A stretch of DNA of 63,195 bases, counting the filler, from Conidiobolus incongruus B7586 (Eukaryota), in the NCBI GenBank assembly GCA_000697335.1. It is 26 parts of 26 records of this genome, joined end to end, with 100 filler letters (N's around TTAATTAATTAA, not from the genome) between each part and the next. Parts side by side here need not be neighbours in the genome. Positions count along the whole stretch, not along the records: positions 13,061 to 14,326 come from JNEM01004618.1; positions 14,427 to 15,448 come from JNEM01004619.1; positions 15,549 to 16,875 come from JNEM01004620.1; positions 16,976 to 21,971 come from JNEM01004624.1; positions 22,072 to 23,249 come from JNEM01004627.1; positions 23,350 to 24,498 come from JNEM01004631.1; positions 24,599 to 25,772 come from JNEM01004633.1; positions 25,873 to 33,871 come from JNEM01004634.1; 18 more parts are not named here. One strand, written 5' to 3'. This document shows positions 13,077 through 26,829 of this stretch, one piece after another. The notes beneath the pieces were generated by a model. It made no database searches and was not told the DNA's origin. It saw only the letters and a program-made list of their open reading frames with translations. Position 1 is the stretch's first letter; the number at the start of each line of letters is the position of its first letter. The translations under genes and the position numbers were made by a program.

Positions 13077-14326
13077 TATTACTCAATATTTTTAATAATG
13101 GGAATTTTTTGTGATTAAAAATAAATAAATATTTTAATATAAAATATATAAAAATAAATATATAATATACATTTAATAGTTTTTTTATTATTAATAACTT
13201 TTTGCTATACTTTTAGCAAGGATCTAATATCTAAAAAATATTTTTTTATTAAAGACTGAAATTTGATATTTTACAAACCAATTAAATTTTGCTATAGAAA
13301 TTTTCTTTCTTATAAGCTAGTTTTTTAATTACCTAAAGCAATAATAATCATATGGGTTATAATCTAAAGAGTATATTTGATATGATAGTTTTTTCTATTT
13401 ATTTTTGATTGATAAGTTTTTTATAGCTTTAGATTTATATATTTTAAAATTATTATACAAAATAATAGGTCTTTTATAATTATATTAAGAATACTAATTA
13501 AAAATACTTTTATTTAAAAAAGCAATATAAATTTTATTATTAGTTGATTTTCCTTCAAGAACTAAATAAAAATAGTATATAACATTATAATCCATTACAA
13601 TAATTAATATTCATTTAATAACAAAATGCTTATTTAAAGGGATTTGTGGAGGGGGTTGATTTAGCTTAATCTAGCATCTTGATTTATGTTTTGGTAAAGG
13701 ATTATATATAAAGATTTAAGATTCATCAATTACAATTATTTATTATAAAAGTTTAAGCTTCTAGTAATATTTAAGTAAGTTTTTTTTAGTAACAATTACT
13801 CTAGCTTTTTTCTAAGCTTTAGTTAAATTATAAGGTACCCATTTTAAATTTTTATTTATTAATTTAAGTGTAAACTTTAATATATATAAAATACTTATAA
13901 AACTAATATTAAAGTGCTTAGATAATTCTTTTGCTAAATTAAAAAGATGCTTTTTAAAATATTTATTCACTTTATTAACAATTAAAAGAGTAATAGTTGA
14001 AGTTAGTTTTTTAGACTTTAATAGGTTTTAGATTTTTTCTCTCCTAGCTTTAAAATGATTTACCTAGTAATAAATTATCTATTTAGATAATACTTCATTA
14101 CTAAAATCAACTTGTAAATTTTAAATGATTTTAAAGGACTTATGGTTAAATTTTACTAATACTAAAATAAAAGACATTTGATGTTTATTATTTTATTTAA
14201 ATATAATTAAATTAAACAACCATTTTTAAAATATTAATTTTTTAATCAAAAAAATATTATATATATAAATATATATTAAAAATATATAATTTCCTATTAC
14301 CTTTATATTTATTTATTTATTTATTT
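13077..14326 (-). mobile_element. mariner-family (DD34D) transposon, least-mutated copy
   Basis: KWVP intact at 13833-13841 and IYSLDYNPYDYYCF at ~13335-13375. Terminal repeat TATTACTCAATATTTTTAATAATGGGAATTTTT matches the left end at 47507. Confidence 0.88.
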
Positions 14327-14426
14327 NNNNNNNNNNNNNNNNNNNNNNNNNNNNNNNNNNNNNNNNNNNNTTAATTAATTAANNNNNNNNNNNNNNNNNN
14401 NNNNNNNNNNNNNNNNNNNNNNNNNN

Positions 14427-15448
14427 AAATTCTGAAATTAACAAATAATTATAATAACTTCTTAATTGTTATTAATTTATACTTTAATTATATTTATTCT
14501 ATTTTTTATTTCAAAATCTTTATAGTTATAAATATTATATAACTATTATTCTTTAATATTTTTACCTATAATAAAACTCTATAAACTACTATATTTAACA
14601 AGGATATATAATTTAATTTTTGATTTTAAAAGTTACTATCTTTTTCTTTTAAGATTAACTTGGCTATTTTTATTATTAATTATTATTAAACTAATAAACT
14701 TATTGAAAAAAAAATTAAAACTTTAAAGCAAATGATTAAATTTTATAATAACATTAATTAGTTAAATTAAGATTCTTATATCTATTAACTTTAATATTTA
14801 TTTAATACCTTTATTAATAAATCAACATGTTTTAACCTTTATTTCATTAATTATAATAAATATCCTAATTTAATAATTATATTAAAATTTCAAATTAATT
14901 TACTTTTAAATGTTATTAAGTTTTAATTTAATTTTAAATATATTAACTTCTTTATTAAAATTAACTTAAAAGAAAATTCAAAGATCATGGAATAATAATA
15001 TCTAAAGTTATTTAGAAATCCTTTTAAATATAGAATTAGTATATTTGTATACTTAGAACAATCTATCTTTAAACTTATTTTACTTAAATTTAGTTTAAAT
15101 CCAAAATACTTATCATTATATTATAATCCTTATAAGATTTAATCTATTAATTTAAATTTTAAAAATATTACCTTAGAGTTACTTTTACCTTTAAGGACTA
15201 ACTTTACTTTTTATATACCTAAAATCAAATCTTATCTTAAAGATTTTAATATTTTTCTTAATTAATTAAAAGTTTTAAAACTAGATTTAACTATTAATTA
15301 AAATAAAGAAAAAAAAATACTATATTAACTATATAATTAAATCTATTTATTAAAAACAAGTTTTATTTTTATATAAAATAAATAAGTTATCTTATTAAAG
15401 AAATTATATAAGAACCTTTAAAAAATATTACAAATATCTTAACTTATT
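14427..15448 (+). mobile_element. G2 gypsy integrase C-terminus and chromodomain
   Basis: Plus translation gives PKYLSLYYNPYKI...ITLELLLPLRTNFTFYIPK (GPY/F and FHVS motifs after reversion) and FYIK*ISYLIKEII*EPL (chromodomain). Confidence 0.75.
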
Positions 15449-15548
15449 NNNNNNNNNNNNNNNNNNNNNNNNNNNNNNNNNNNNNNNNNNNNTTAATTAA
15501 TTAANNNNNNNNNNNNNNNNNNNNNNNNNNNNNNNNNNNNNNNNNNNN

Positions 15549-16875
15549 AGTAAAAAATAATTAAATAAAATATTAGATATTTATTTTATTAAATTACTAG
15601 TATATTTAATTATTAGGTTGTTTTTTTAAATAGATAAAGATAATTTTATAATAATAAAAGAAAAAAAATAATATTATTAAAATAGGTAAAGTTAATTAAA
15701 ATTTTAACCAGTATATCTATAAAGTATCTAATTAAAATAATTAATAAGATTATAGTTAAAGGTAAAAAATCATAAGGTAAATTAGTTACTAGAATATTTT
15801 TAGTTTTTAGTGGTTTAATAATTTAAATCTGTTTAATATAGATAATTAAATTTAAAGAATTATTAGTTTATTAAAACTTTTATAGATTAGTTTAGAATTT
15901 ATTAATTAATTCAAAAAAATTGATTCTAAAGCTATATAAATATTATTTTAGTTTGATTTATGATTAATAAATTAAAATTTCTGTATATTAATTTAATATT
16001 ATTTTTTGAGATAATATTTATCAATTTATAGTTGATTTAGAACTTTTAACAATAATATAACCCTTATTTATTTTTAAATACACTTTAACTTCTTTATTAA
16101 ATATTTTTTTAAATTTTTTTTATATTTTAAATTAGTTTTTAAGCTTATAGAAGTTTTTAAAATTATTTTAAATAGTTAATACATCTTTGTTAGCATTAAT
16201 AAGATGATTTAATATATTAATAATAGTGAAATAACTAGTTTATTAGATTTAAGCTTTTTGAGTGATATTTTTCTTAATCAAAAGTTATTTAATATAAGCT
16301 TTTTAAAAGGTAATAAGTTTTTAAAAATTAAAATCTTAGATTAACTTAGTAATTAAATTAATATTATTATTAAACCAATAAAGGGTATTTTTTCTAATGG
16401 TATAATTATATATATTATTAAATTTAAACAAAATAAATTAAAAATAAAATTAAAATTATAATATATAAAGTTAATATAAATAGTTATTAATTTTTTATTA
16501 AAGTTTTTGATAGTTTTATTATTATTATTTTATAGGCATATTGTTAAAAAGCAATTAATATATTATAAAGGAAAATTATTATAGAAGTAGAATAACATAA
16601 AATATAATAATTGAATATAGAATATTATATAAAAATATAAATAAAGTTTAAACTTTACACTAAAATAAGTTATTAATATGTTAAAGCTTATATTAAATAG
16701 TACTAATATCCTATAATATTAATAGAATATAGTTTTAATCTTAAAAATAATATAATAGATAAGAAATAATAAAAATTAAGAAAAAAAACCTAGTTAATTA
16801 AATAATTTAATACTATTTATATAATTAATTAAGTTATAAAAGTATAAATTCATTATATAATTTATAATTAATTAA
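15549..16875 (-). mobile_element. G2 gypsy fragment (protease-gag-LTR) with an internal gag deletion
   Basis: Colinear with ~6290-8120 but lacks the equivalent of ~6815-7360 at ~16110. Confidence 0.78.
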
Positions 16876-17020
16876 NNNNNNNNNNNNNNNNNNNNNNNNN
16901 NNNNNNNNNNNNNNNNNNNTTAATTAATTAANNNNNNNNNNNNNNNNNNNNNNNNNNNNNNNNNNNNNNNNNNNNTAAAATATAAATAATATACCTATAA
17001 ATATATAAAATTTATTAAAA

Positions 17021-17391
17021 TATAACATATAAATATAGTAATAATTAAATAAATATAATGTAGAAAAAGACTTAATATAAAAATAATATGACACAAAATA
17101 TAATAATATAATATGGAAAAATAAACAAAGTTTAATTAAGCTTCAAACTAGGATAAGTCGCTAATATATTAAGATTTATATTAGATAATATAAAAATATT
17201 AAAGTATTGATAAAATATAGTCCCAATCCTAGGAAATAATAAAAAAACAATAAATAATAAAAATTTAGAGAAAAAAAGAAACTTGGTTTATTAAATGATT
17301 CATTATTATATATATAATTAATTATATTATTTATAGTTAATAGAATTTTATATAAATATATATAAGTATTTAAAAATCTAGTCTCTTAATA
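17021..17391. repeat. G2 LTR copy (possibly solo)
   Basis: Matches 7772-8170 including the CTAGTCTCTTAA end. No clear TSD seen. Confidence 0.7.
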
Positions 17392-19309
17392 TAATTAATA
17401 ATAAAAGGTTTTATATTGAATTATAATAATTAATAAATTAAAAACTTTGTTATATAATGATTTACTTAATAATAAAAATGTTGAAATAACCACTATTATA
17501 TATTTTAATAAATAATTATTATATTTTTAATATAATATTAACTTTTATAATATATTTAAATTATATAAAGTTTTGTATTTAATGCTTAAATATAGAATAA
17601 TTAATAATAAGCTTAATTTTTATTAAATAGATTTTTCTGATTAATATTTCTAATAATCAAAAATATATATTATTTTCCATAATAATGATAGAATATATTA
17701 AAATAATAAAAGCTTTATTAGTAATAAATATTAAAAAAATACTATATTTAATATATTCTTTAAATTATAACATATTTAATTATAACTATAAGCAAGAAAA
17801 TTCCTGTAATTTATTTTGATTAAATTATGAAATATCAAATATTAATTATAAATAAAAACTTTAAATATTAAAAAATCAACCAAAAATATAATTAAGTTAT
17901 TAATTATAGAATTAAGTATTAATTTTGTATTATTTATCATTATATATTATATATTAATATTTATATTTAATTCTGACTTTAAAATGTTACTATAATTTAT
18001 TTTATATAGTAATATTTATTTTATTATCTTTTAAACAATATTGTATATAGATTTTAATAATTAAGTTATTAATTAAATAGGTTGTTTATTATTTTGAAGT
18101 TAAAAAATAATATAAAGTTGATAATTCAAATATTGATATTTTGATATTTGATTTCCAAAATTTGAATCTATAATAATGAATCATATTATTTGATTTTAAA
18201 TATTTTATTATTATATTAATTTTATTAAAAATATATAAAGAATAATAAAATTATTAAAGTATTAAATTTAAGTATATTTAATTTGTTTATTAAGGTTAAA
18301 TTATTAATTACTAAATTAAAATACCTTTGTTAAAATTAATGATATTATAAATTGGTTTTAATTCAACCTTTTCAAAGATAATAGCTTTGAACATAGTATA
18401 GTTTAGAAAATTGAATCAAATATTTTAAAGTTTAAGCATATTAATGACTATTGTAAATATGGGAGGAAACAGACTTTTAGAGCTTAAATAGGGAATCACC
18501 AGTGATAAGTAAGATTATCATAAAATTAAGGGAAATTAAAGTTCACCAAATTAGGTGAAAGTGGCTTATTGCAAATAAAATAAATATCTCACACTTGTCA
18601 TAACTAAATATTCTTATGAGTGTTACAAAAAAAACTTAGAGACTGGATACTTTTGAAAATGAAAATAAAAAGATATATTTATTAGTTTATTTATAATAAT
18701 TTTATATTGATTTCAATTATGAATATTTATGAACATAAATGCCTTTTAGGCAAAAAATGATGAGTAAACCAGTTCCTGAAATGAAGTACCGCTAATGTGA
18801 CTTCTTGCATCAGTGTGATAATCAGAGTTTCTTCAGTGATGGACAAGATTATTCCCCATCATTTATCCCAAAATGAATAAGTTAAAAATGATATCATAAA
18901 TATGACCAAATTGTTTTAAAATTTAATAATTCAGAGAATAATAAATTTGGATTTAAATTACTAGGTTTGGAGTTGTGAAAAACATCACCAACTCTGATTA
19001 AATAGAATTATGATATGAATTTAATATATATAATAAAGAGATATATAGTCTTCTGAGAAATTCAAATATTTCATTGTTTTTATAGATTTTGACGATTTAA
19101 AATATTAATAAAAAACATTTTTCTAAATTAAAATTTTATCAAAATAGTTGCCTTACAATTGCCTTGCAATACCAAAAATTTATCAATTTATCCAAAGAGT
19201 GAAATAATTATATTAGTGGAATATAATATAAGAATATTGAAAAATTATATTCAACAAACAAGGAATATTAATAAATTTTATTTATTATAAATTAAATTAT
19301 ATAATGATA

Positions 19310-20203
19310 TTATAACGATATTTTGAATATACCTCTCCTGATATCACAGTTCATTGTTAAAGTAGTGAACAAATTGATCAACCCAAATAATGATACATTA
19401 ACGCTAGCATACAAATGTGCTGTTTGACTTGGCTCCCTATTCCAAATTACCATATACCAACCGACTATCAAAATTGGAGATATAGTGGTTGTATACAGTG
19501 TAATTACCATTATCCCTCTGAACAAAACCCTTCTTCTCATTTTTTGACCTTTTTCTAAACAATCACAAGTTTGGATACTACATTCTCTATTATGCTTAAC
19601 TTGTGTCAATTTCGAACTAGCTAACATTATACATGTATAACTAAAAGTTGTTCCAATGACGCAAAGAGAACCACATGTTAAGAAAAATCCTAGCAAAATC
19701 CTAGGCCAAGTACCTAGAACAGGATTTAACATGCAATATGAAGATGGGGAAACGGTGTACCATTCTTTGAATGCCGACACTATGAGTATTACCGAAGTTA
19801 TATTAATTACGATTAGATAGCTCAATAACCAATATATATTATCCCAAAATAAAAACTGAACAACTGCGAAGTACTTATACAGGGCTAGAATAAATATGGA
19901 GAATAAAAAAATGAATAAAGAGAAATTAAGAACAAACCCTTGAATTTGGCATATTAACTTCGATTGACCATAAATTTGGGTGTATACAGTCCATCCAAAA
20001 ACAAAAGAACAGAATATGAAATCAAAAATTAAAACCATTAAATTTAATACTAACTGTGTATTCAAGGATATTCTTTCAATAATAATCGTTTTTGCTACCA
20101 ATAGTTGAATAATAATACAGATTGTCTCTGTAATTAAACAGATTATTCTTGCAAAATAATTTGATGTAGTTAATTGATCTGGTACCCAAGAATAAGATTC
20201 CAT
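19310..20203 (-). CDS. Intronless 7-transmembrane, rhodopsin/class A-like GPCR (297 aa)
   Basis: ORF has seven hydrophobic segments, a TM3-top Cys (ICQIQGF), a DRY-position motif (ILALYKYFAVV), an ECL2 Cys (SSYCML), TM5 'FSYTCI' and TM7/helix-8 'INLFTTLTMNCDIRRGI'. Base composition is normal (not TE-like). TATATAAA lies about 45 bp upstream (20245-20252, minus). Confidence 0.85.
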   Translation of the reverse strand: MESYSWVPDQLTTSNYFARIICLITETICIIIQLLVAKTIIIERISLNTQLVLNLMVLIFDFIFCSFVFGWTVYTQIYGQSKLICQIQGFVLNFSLFIFLFSIFILALYKYFAVVQFLFWDNIYWLLSYLIVINITSVILIVSAFKEWYTVSPSSYCMLNPVLGTWPRILLGFFLTCGSLCVIGTTFSYTCIMLASSKLTQVKHNRECSIQTCDCLEKGQKMRRRVLFRGIMVITLYTTTISPILIVGWYMVIWNREPSQTAHLYASVNVSLFGLINLFTTLTMNCDIRRGIFKISL

Positions 20204-20244
20204 TTTAATAGCCTTTAATTCACGAATTAAGGATATATAAGAAC

Positions 20245-20252
20245 TTTATATA
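20245..20252 (-). promoter_or_regulatory. Putative TATA box of the GPCR gene
   Basis: TATATAAA on the minus strand 42-49 nt upstream of an AAA-ATG start. The AT-rich background weakens this call. Confidence 0.35.
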
Positions 20253-21539
20253 CTCTCAAGATCCAAATTTAAATAAGCACTTAATAATTAATCTGAAACT
20301 TAATATAAATTTAGGGATTGAAAAATTTAGATTCAAATTTAATTATTAGAGAATATAATCATATTATCAAATAATTTTTTTGAATGTAAAACTATGGTAT
20401 CTTTGCCCCACTTTAAAAGCTATTCCAAGCAATATACAATATTAAAGAGATATTCCTTGATCTATTAAATCATCATTAATTGGAATAATTGAATCACAGC
20501 ATATTTGCCAGCATCAACACTGTTCATTTAATCTATTTTGAAATATTTATTCATTTTGAAGAAATTATGGCCCCATATTGTCTCAATAATAGCTTAAAGT
20601 TTTATATTGTATAAGCTCTCAATTTTGATATATTCCTCTTTGTAACATTAATGTAAAAAAATAAACTTCACTTAAAACTTTGACATTCATATCATTCATT
20701 ACCACCGATTATCTTCGGTTGTGAAATATTTATCTAAAATTGATGAATGAGTTCTAAATAATATAACGATCGGTATTTTAGTTATAGAAAACGTAAAAAT
20801 TTTCTGGGGTGATCTTTTTCGTTCCCTTATTATTGACGCAAACAATTGTATTTAGATAATAATTAAATTCTATTTTCTTGATCTCATTTTACAAATCTCG
20901 TTGATTAATATGTGAACTTTTTACAACACCACTTATTCATCTATTACATTTTTTGTATTAATTTCTGTAATGATCATTGATCCAATTTTTATGTTTAATT
21001 GATACTTTTCATAAATTGCAAATTATAACAATTGTGTTATATAGAGATTTCATTAGGAAATAAATGGAAGAGCTTTAATATAAATGTTTCATCAACTTCA
21101 AACATAAATCAAAATATCGAGTGATTTATCTGTTTGAACATATATCAAATCACACAAATATTAGCTATTATTATATTAAAAATATTTACCAAAAATCAAC
21201 TACCATTAATATTCTATATTTACTTAATCTTTATTTATTTTTGAATTTTATATGAAAATAATATTCCAAAGTGAATATAAAATCAATTATTTATGTTTTT
21301 TTCAGGATACAATATGTAAATATAGGATTTGAACCAAATTTCTCTATTTAGATTTAATTTAAAACCTTGCTAAAAGTAAAATATTATGCATACTACTGTC
21401 TTAACCGATATGTAACTATTAATTAGGATATTATCTAACATTTCTCTCCCTCAAGTCTCCACCCTAGGGTATTTTGATTATTGGAACTAATTGAATTAAT
21501 ATTAATAATTTAATAATAACTCTTAAGAAGAATATATCA

Positions 21540-21971
21540 ATCATTTTAAATAATATGATATATTAATATATAATTAAGATTTATTTCTATTAAATAGGTA
21601 TTATATAAGAAATAAATATGAAAAGTTTTGAAAAACTTTCATGGGTTATAACAATAAAGTTTTAATAACAGTTATTAGTAAGTTTAGAATTTATATTTGT
21701 AAATGCCTGATATATTTATCAAATTATATAATAAAAATAAACATGGTTGAATATTATTTTTAATTCTTAATAAATACATTAATTAATCAAAATTTATAAA
21801 TCATTATTAAAAAAATTATCAAAAAAATTAAACATTTATCCTAAAATAAATATTGAAATAATTAATTATTTAAAACTCTATATATAAATGATATAACATT
21901 ATGTTATATTAAATATTCAATTACAATAAGGTTTTAAATTATATTTGTTTTTAAAATATATAATATATAAT
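21540..21971 (+). mobile_element. Possible Ty1/copia RT relic
   Basis: KVLKNFHGL*Q at ~21622-21654 resembles copia L.KSLYGLKQ. Confidence 0.3.
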
Positions 21972-23377
21972 NNNNNNNNNNNNNNNNNNNNNNNNNNNNN
22001 NNNNNNNNNNNNNNNTTAATTAATTAANNNNNNNNNNNNNNNNNNNNNNNNNNNNNNNNNNNNNNNNNNNNTAATAATCATATTTAGTATATTTATCATT
22101 TTATAATTATATTAATTTAGAAATTATTATTAACTATAAATTAAACTTGCAAAAAAAATATTTGGTAAAAAATTTGGATTATATATAAGATATTAATTTT
22201 TAATTAATAATAAGAGAAATATTTAATAGATATAAATTATCAACCCAAAATTTTAATAAAGAAATTATATATATCAAAATCAATATTAATTTTATATAGT
22301 TAAATTATTTTATAAATTATATATTATATTTTATATTTAATATTTAAAAAAATCCTATCATTGTAAAAGCGTGAATAATAGAATCTTGTTAGAATTAATG
22401 ATTATAGCTTTATTTAAAGATTTATAACAAATAATATAAAATAAATATTATATTAATTATAGATCATTTTTGAATTTATTTTTGGCAAATTTCTAATATA
22501 AAGAATTTCGTTCAAAGAGACAAAAATCTATATTATTAATTATCAATTGATTTTATTGATATAAATTTTAAATTATAAAAATATTTTTTTTATAATTTTT
22601 ATTTGACAAATTTATTATAGTTTAAACTTATTGAAATTTAAAAATATAGTATTAATTTAAATATATTTTTAAATAATATTAAAGATAGGAATTAATAATT
22701 ATTTTTATTAAACTATCTAAAGCGCTTATTTTAACATAATTTAAATTAGAAAACTATCTTTAAAATTATAGAATAATAAATTTTAAATTATAACCATTAC
22801 TATCAATAAGAATTTGATTTCGTTTTAATTAACAAAATATTATTTTAGGTGATTTTAATATGTTTTATTAATTAAAATAAAGGCCTATATAAAAAGTTTT
22901 ATATTTTATCAATATTAAAATTATAATAATATAAAAATTTTGGTATTTATTTATATTTTAAATAATTTTAATTTTTAAAATTAAATAAATTAATAAAGTA
23001 CTATATATTGATATTATTAGAAATAAAAAGCAGTTTGAATATATAAATTATATCTATATCACTAAAATTAAACTATTTAAATAACTCTGTAATTAAATTA
23101 AAAAAGTCTATTAAAATATATTTCTTTTAATATAATAATTTTTGAAATCAAAGAATTAAGGATTATTTTTATATTATAAAAAAATTTACATATTATCTCT
23201 AACTTTGAAATGATTCAACAAGTTATAATAATCGGTATAACTACATAAANNNNNNNNNNNNNNNNNNNNNNNNNNNNNNNNNNNNNNNNNNNNTTAATTA
23301 ATTAANNNNNNNNNNNNNNNNNNNNNNNNNNNNNNNNNNNNNNNNNNNNTTTAATTAATTTTTATTTATCTTTATTA

Positions 23378-24498
23378 TACTAACCTATAAAAATAAAGCA
23401 TAAAATCAAAAACACTTATATATTTTTAATAACTTAATTAGTTTCTAATTAAATATATTTAAACTAAATAATTAACATTATATATTTTTATTTATAATAT
23501 ATTATATAAAATAATTTCATTTACTTATTAATTGGTTAAAATATCAACTATTAATTTTTACCTAATATAAGTTATAAATTAGTAAGTTTTTTGTGATAAA
23601 AAAATTAAAACTTAGTATATTTATTTTTAGCTTTTTTAGCTTTGATAACTTTTTTAAGTTTATAAGGTATAGAATTAATAAACCTTTTATATTCAAAAGG
23701 GTTAATTTTATCCTATATTTCTTATATATATTCCTAAAGTTATTTTAAATCTTTTATTAAAAGGAAAGCTTTAATAACTTTTTTTAACTAATTTTAAAGA
23801 TATATAATTAAGTTAAGGTTAAATATTAAAAAACTAAATTATAATTATTATTTTTTCTCTTATACTATTTATTAATAAGAATTATAAAATAGAAAAAATA
23901 TTATCTTATTGGAAAATAATATTAAATTTATTTAACCTATTCTATTCAAAGATCGTTTTTAATTTATTATTTATAATACCTTAATATATTTTATTACTAA
24001 TTCCTTTATTAACTCTATGAAGATGTTTTATATATAAAGATAATATATATCCCTAAATAATAAATAACTTATCATTATATTATTAAATAGAATTAATATA
24101 ATGGTTATAAAATGGTTATATATTATTTTATAATATCTAACCTTTTTATTAATTTATTAAAATAAATTTTATTATATTATATTAAATAACCTTTTTCTAA
24201 TTAGTTTTAGTTTAATATTAATAATAATATTTTAACTCCCAACTAATTATATAATAGGATTTCTTTAATTAAGGGTGTTTTTCTTAAGATATATGTAATA
24301 TTAATATTAATATAAACTATATGAAATAATATTATTAATACCTGAATTTTTATATTAAATTATATTTCCTGTTGTTTTTTATAATAATATGATATTTATA
24401 TATAATCTTAATATATTTAAGTTTAAATTTAAATATATCTTTATTATTATTTCAAATAACCTTAATTATAATAAACTAATTAACACTAGTAATTCTAA
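23378..24498 (-). mobile_element. Tc1 copy
   Basis: Terminus TA|TACTAACCTATAAAAATAA, colinear with 189-1355. Confidence 0.85.
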
Positions 24499-26829
24499 NN
24501 NNNNNNNNNNNNNNNNNNNNNNNNNNNNNNNNNNNNNNNNNNTTAATTAATTAANNNNNNNNNNNNNNNNNNNNNNNNNNNNNNNNNNNNNNNNNNNNTT
24601 AAGAAAAATTTACATAAAATAAATATTAATAAATTGAATTATTTTTATTATCATAAAAAGTTTTTATTTAAAAATTAATTATTTTAACTCAGTTAGTTTG
24701 TTTTTTTTAAAACAAAATATTATTAACTTCAAAGAAATATTTATAATATTAAACTTAGGTTATTTTCTTTGATTTATTATTTTAGGGTAAAATATAAATG
24801 TAGTTTAAATTAAATTCTTTATTTATTAATATTAAAAAAATTAAAATTAATATAAATAATGATAAGAGATTTAAGAATAAAAAAATAAGATAAAAATATT
24901 AGTTATATAAAAAATTATAGTATTTATAAAAAAAATATATAATAGGGTATATTTAGAAAAATTTTTTTCTGAAAAAATTAATTAAAAGAGTTATAAATTT
25001 AACAAAAGAATCAATGAAATCTGTAATAATATAGTAAATCAAATATAAACATAAATTAATTTTTATTTGTATATATAATAAAAACTTTAATATAATTTAG
25101 TAAAATTTATATTAATATTCTAAAAAGAAATAATATAACTATAAAAAAAGATAAAAGTATCATTAAAGATATTTTTTAAAAATAATAATAATAGTTTAAA
25201 TTATTAAATAATTTATGGGATTTAATTAGCATATTAGATATATTAATGTTTAGTTTTTATATTGATTTAAATACTATTAAAATAAGTAATATACAGAGTT
25301 ATTAGAAATAAGATTAAAAAGGGAATTAATATAATAATTAAAATTAGAAAAGAATTATATAATTTAAAATTTATAATAATTAAATTAAAATAACTAAAAA
25401 GAATATTAAAAATTATTAAAGGAATAAAATTGCTTTTAACTTTAATATAATAATATTTATTTCTAATATTTAATTTAATGAATATTTTTAATTTAAAAAA
25501 TTTTTTCATAATAACATATAAATTTAGTAATAAAGTTTTATTTTTAATAATTTTTGAGTTTAAAATATAATTATCAATATATAATTTTTAACAACTATTA
25601 ACCTTTAATATCAAAAGAATAATATATTTTAATAATAAACAAAATGGTTTAATATATTTAATTTTTACTAATTTATAGATTTTTTTTAAAATTAAGTATT
25701 ATTAAAGAAATAAATGATAAATAAGGGTTAAATATAATATTTTAATAAAAAGAAGTTTAGTTTAATATTTAANNNNNNNNNNNNNNNNNNNNNNNNNNNN
25801 NNNNNNNNNNNNNNNNTTAATTAATTAANNNNNNNNNNNNNNNNNNNNNNNNNNNNNNNNNNNNNNNNNNNNTATTAAAATTTAATATAATAATTACTTT
25901 TATCTAATATTTATTTTTATAATATAATCTATAAAGATATTTTAAAAAAAATTAAAATCATTATATCCTTACAATATATGATGAATTATTTAAATAAATA
26001 TTATAATAGATATATAATATTAAATTATTAATATTATCCTATAAATATTAACTCTCTTAATATCTGGTATTAATTAATTAAAATAATTAATTAAATAAAT
26101 ATTTAATAAAAATAACTATCAGAAATTAACAATACTCTTTTTAATAATAATTTTTAAAAAATTAAGAGTTTAAATATCAAAAATATTATAAAATAACTAT
26201 ATTAAATCCAAACTAAATAAAATTTATTAAATAAAAAAATATCAAGATTTGATATTATAATATAATTAAAAAATGAGTAAAAATTAAAATATAATTTATA
26301 TTGATATAATAATAATATTATATTAATATTATTAAATAAATTATTTCAACTTTGTAAAATGAAAATTATAGAGTCTACTTGATATCTATTAATTATTAAA
26401 TAAAACAAAACCCTAAATTATATTATCAAATTAAATATTAGAATCAAATTAAATATCTTTGATTAATATTTTTTTACTTGTATAAATATATATATAAAAA
26501 TAAAACTATTGGTTTAATAATTGTCTAGTTTTTGGAGTAATTAAAATTTAAAGATTTTGTATATTCAATAAGAAAAACAAATATATAATTTATGATTGAT
26601 TATATTTAAATAACTTATCCTTAATCATATAATTAGTTAAAGATAAAATATTTGATTAGATTTTGATTTCCCGAAAGTTATTCAACTTAATATTATTAGC
26701 TATAAAATCTATTAACTAAACTTATTTATTATTATGAAATTTAATAATACATAATAGAGCTTTTTTGCTATTTGTATTAATATAATATAAATTTATTTTT
26801 GTTCAACTGATGAAAGTATTCATTTGTTT

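Noticed and set aside
1..17400. Organellar or alternative-genetic-code DNA suggested by extreme AT content and TAA/TAG at Gln/Trp positions
   Set aside because: Stops vary between copies and are explained by C>T/G>A changes. The host genes read correctly in the standard code.
21310..21400. GGTTCAAATCC B-box-like motif (minus strand), possible tRNA; similar GGATCGAGCC at ~39144
   Set aside because: No cloverleaf or acceptor stem could be formed.
25873..26500. Possible copia integrase relic
   Set aside because: Needs too many reversions to be distinguished from chance.
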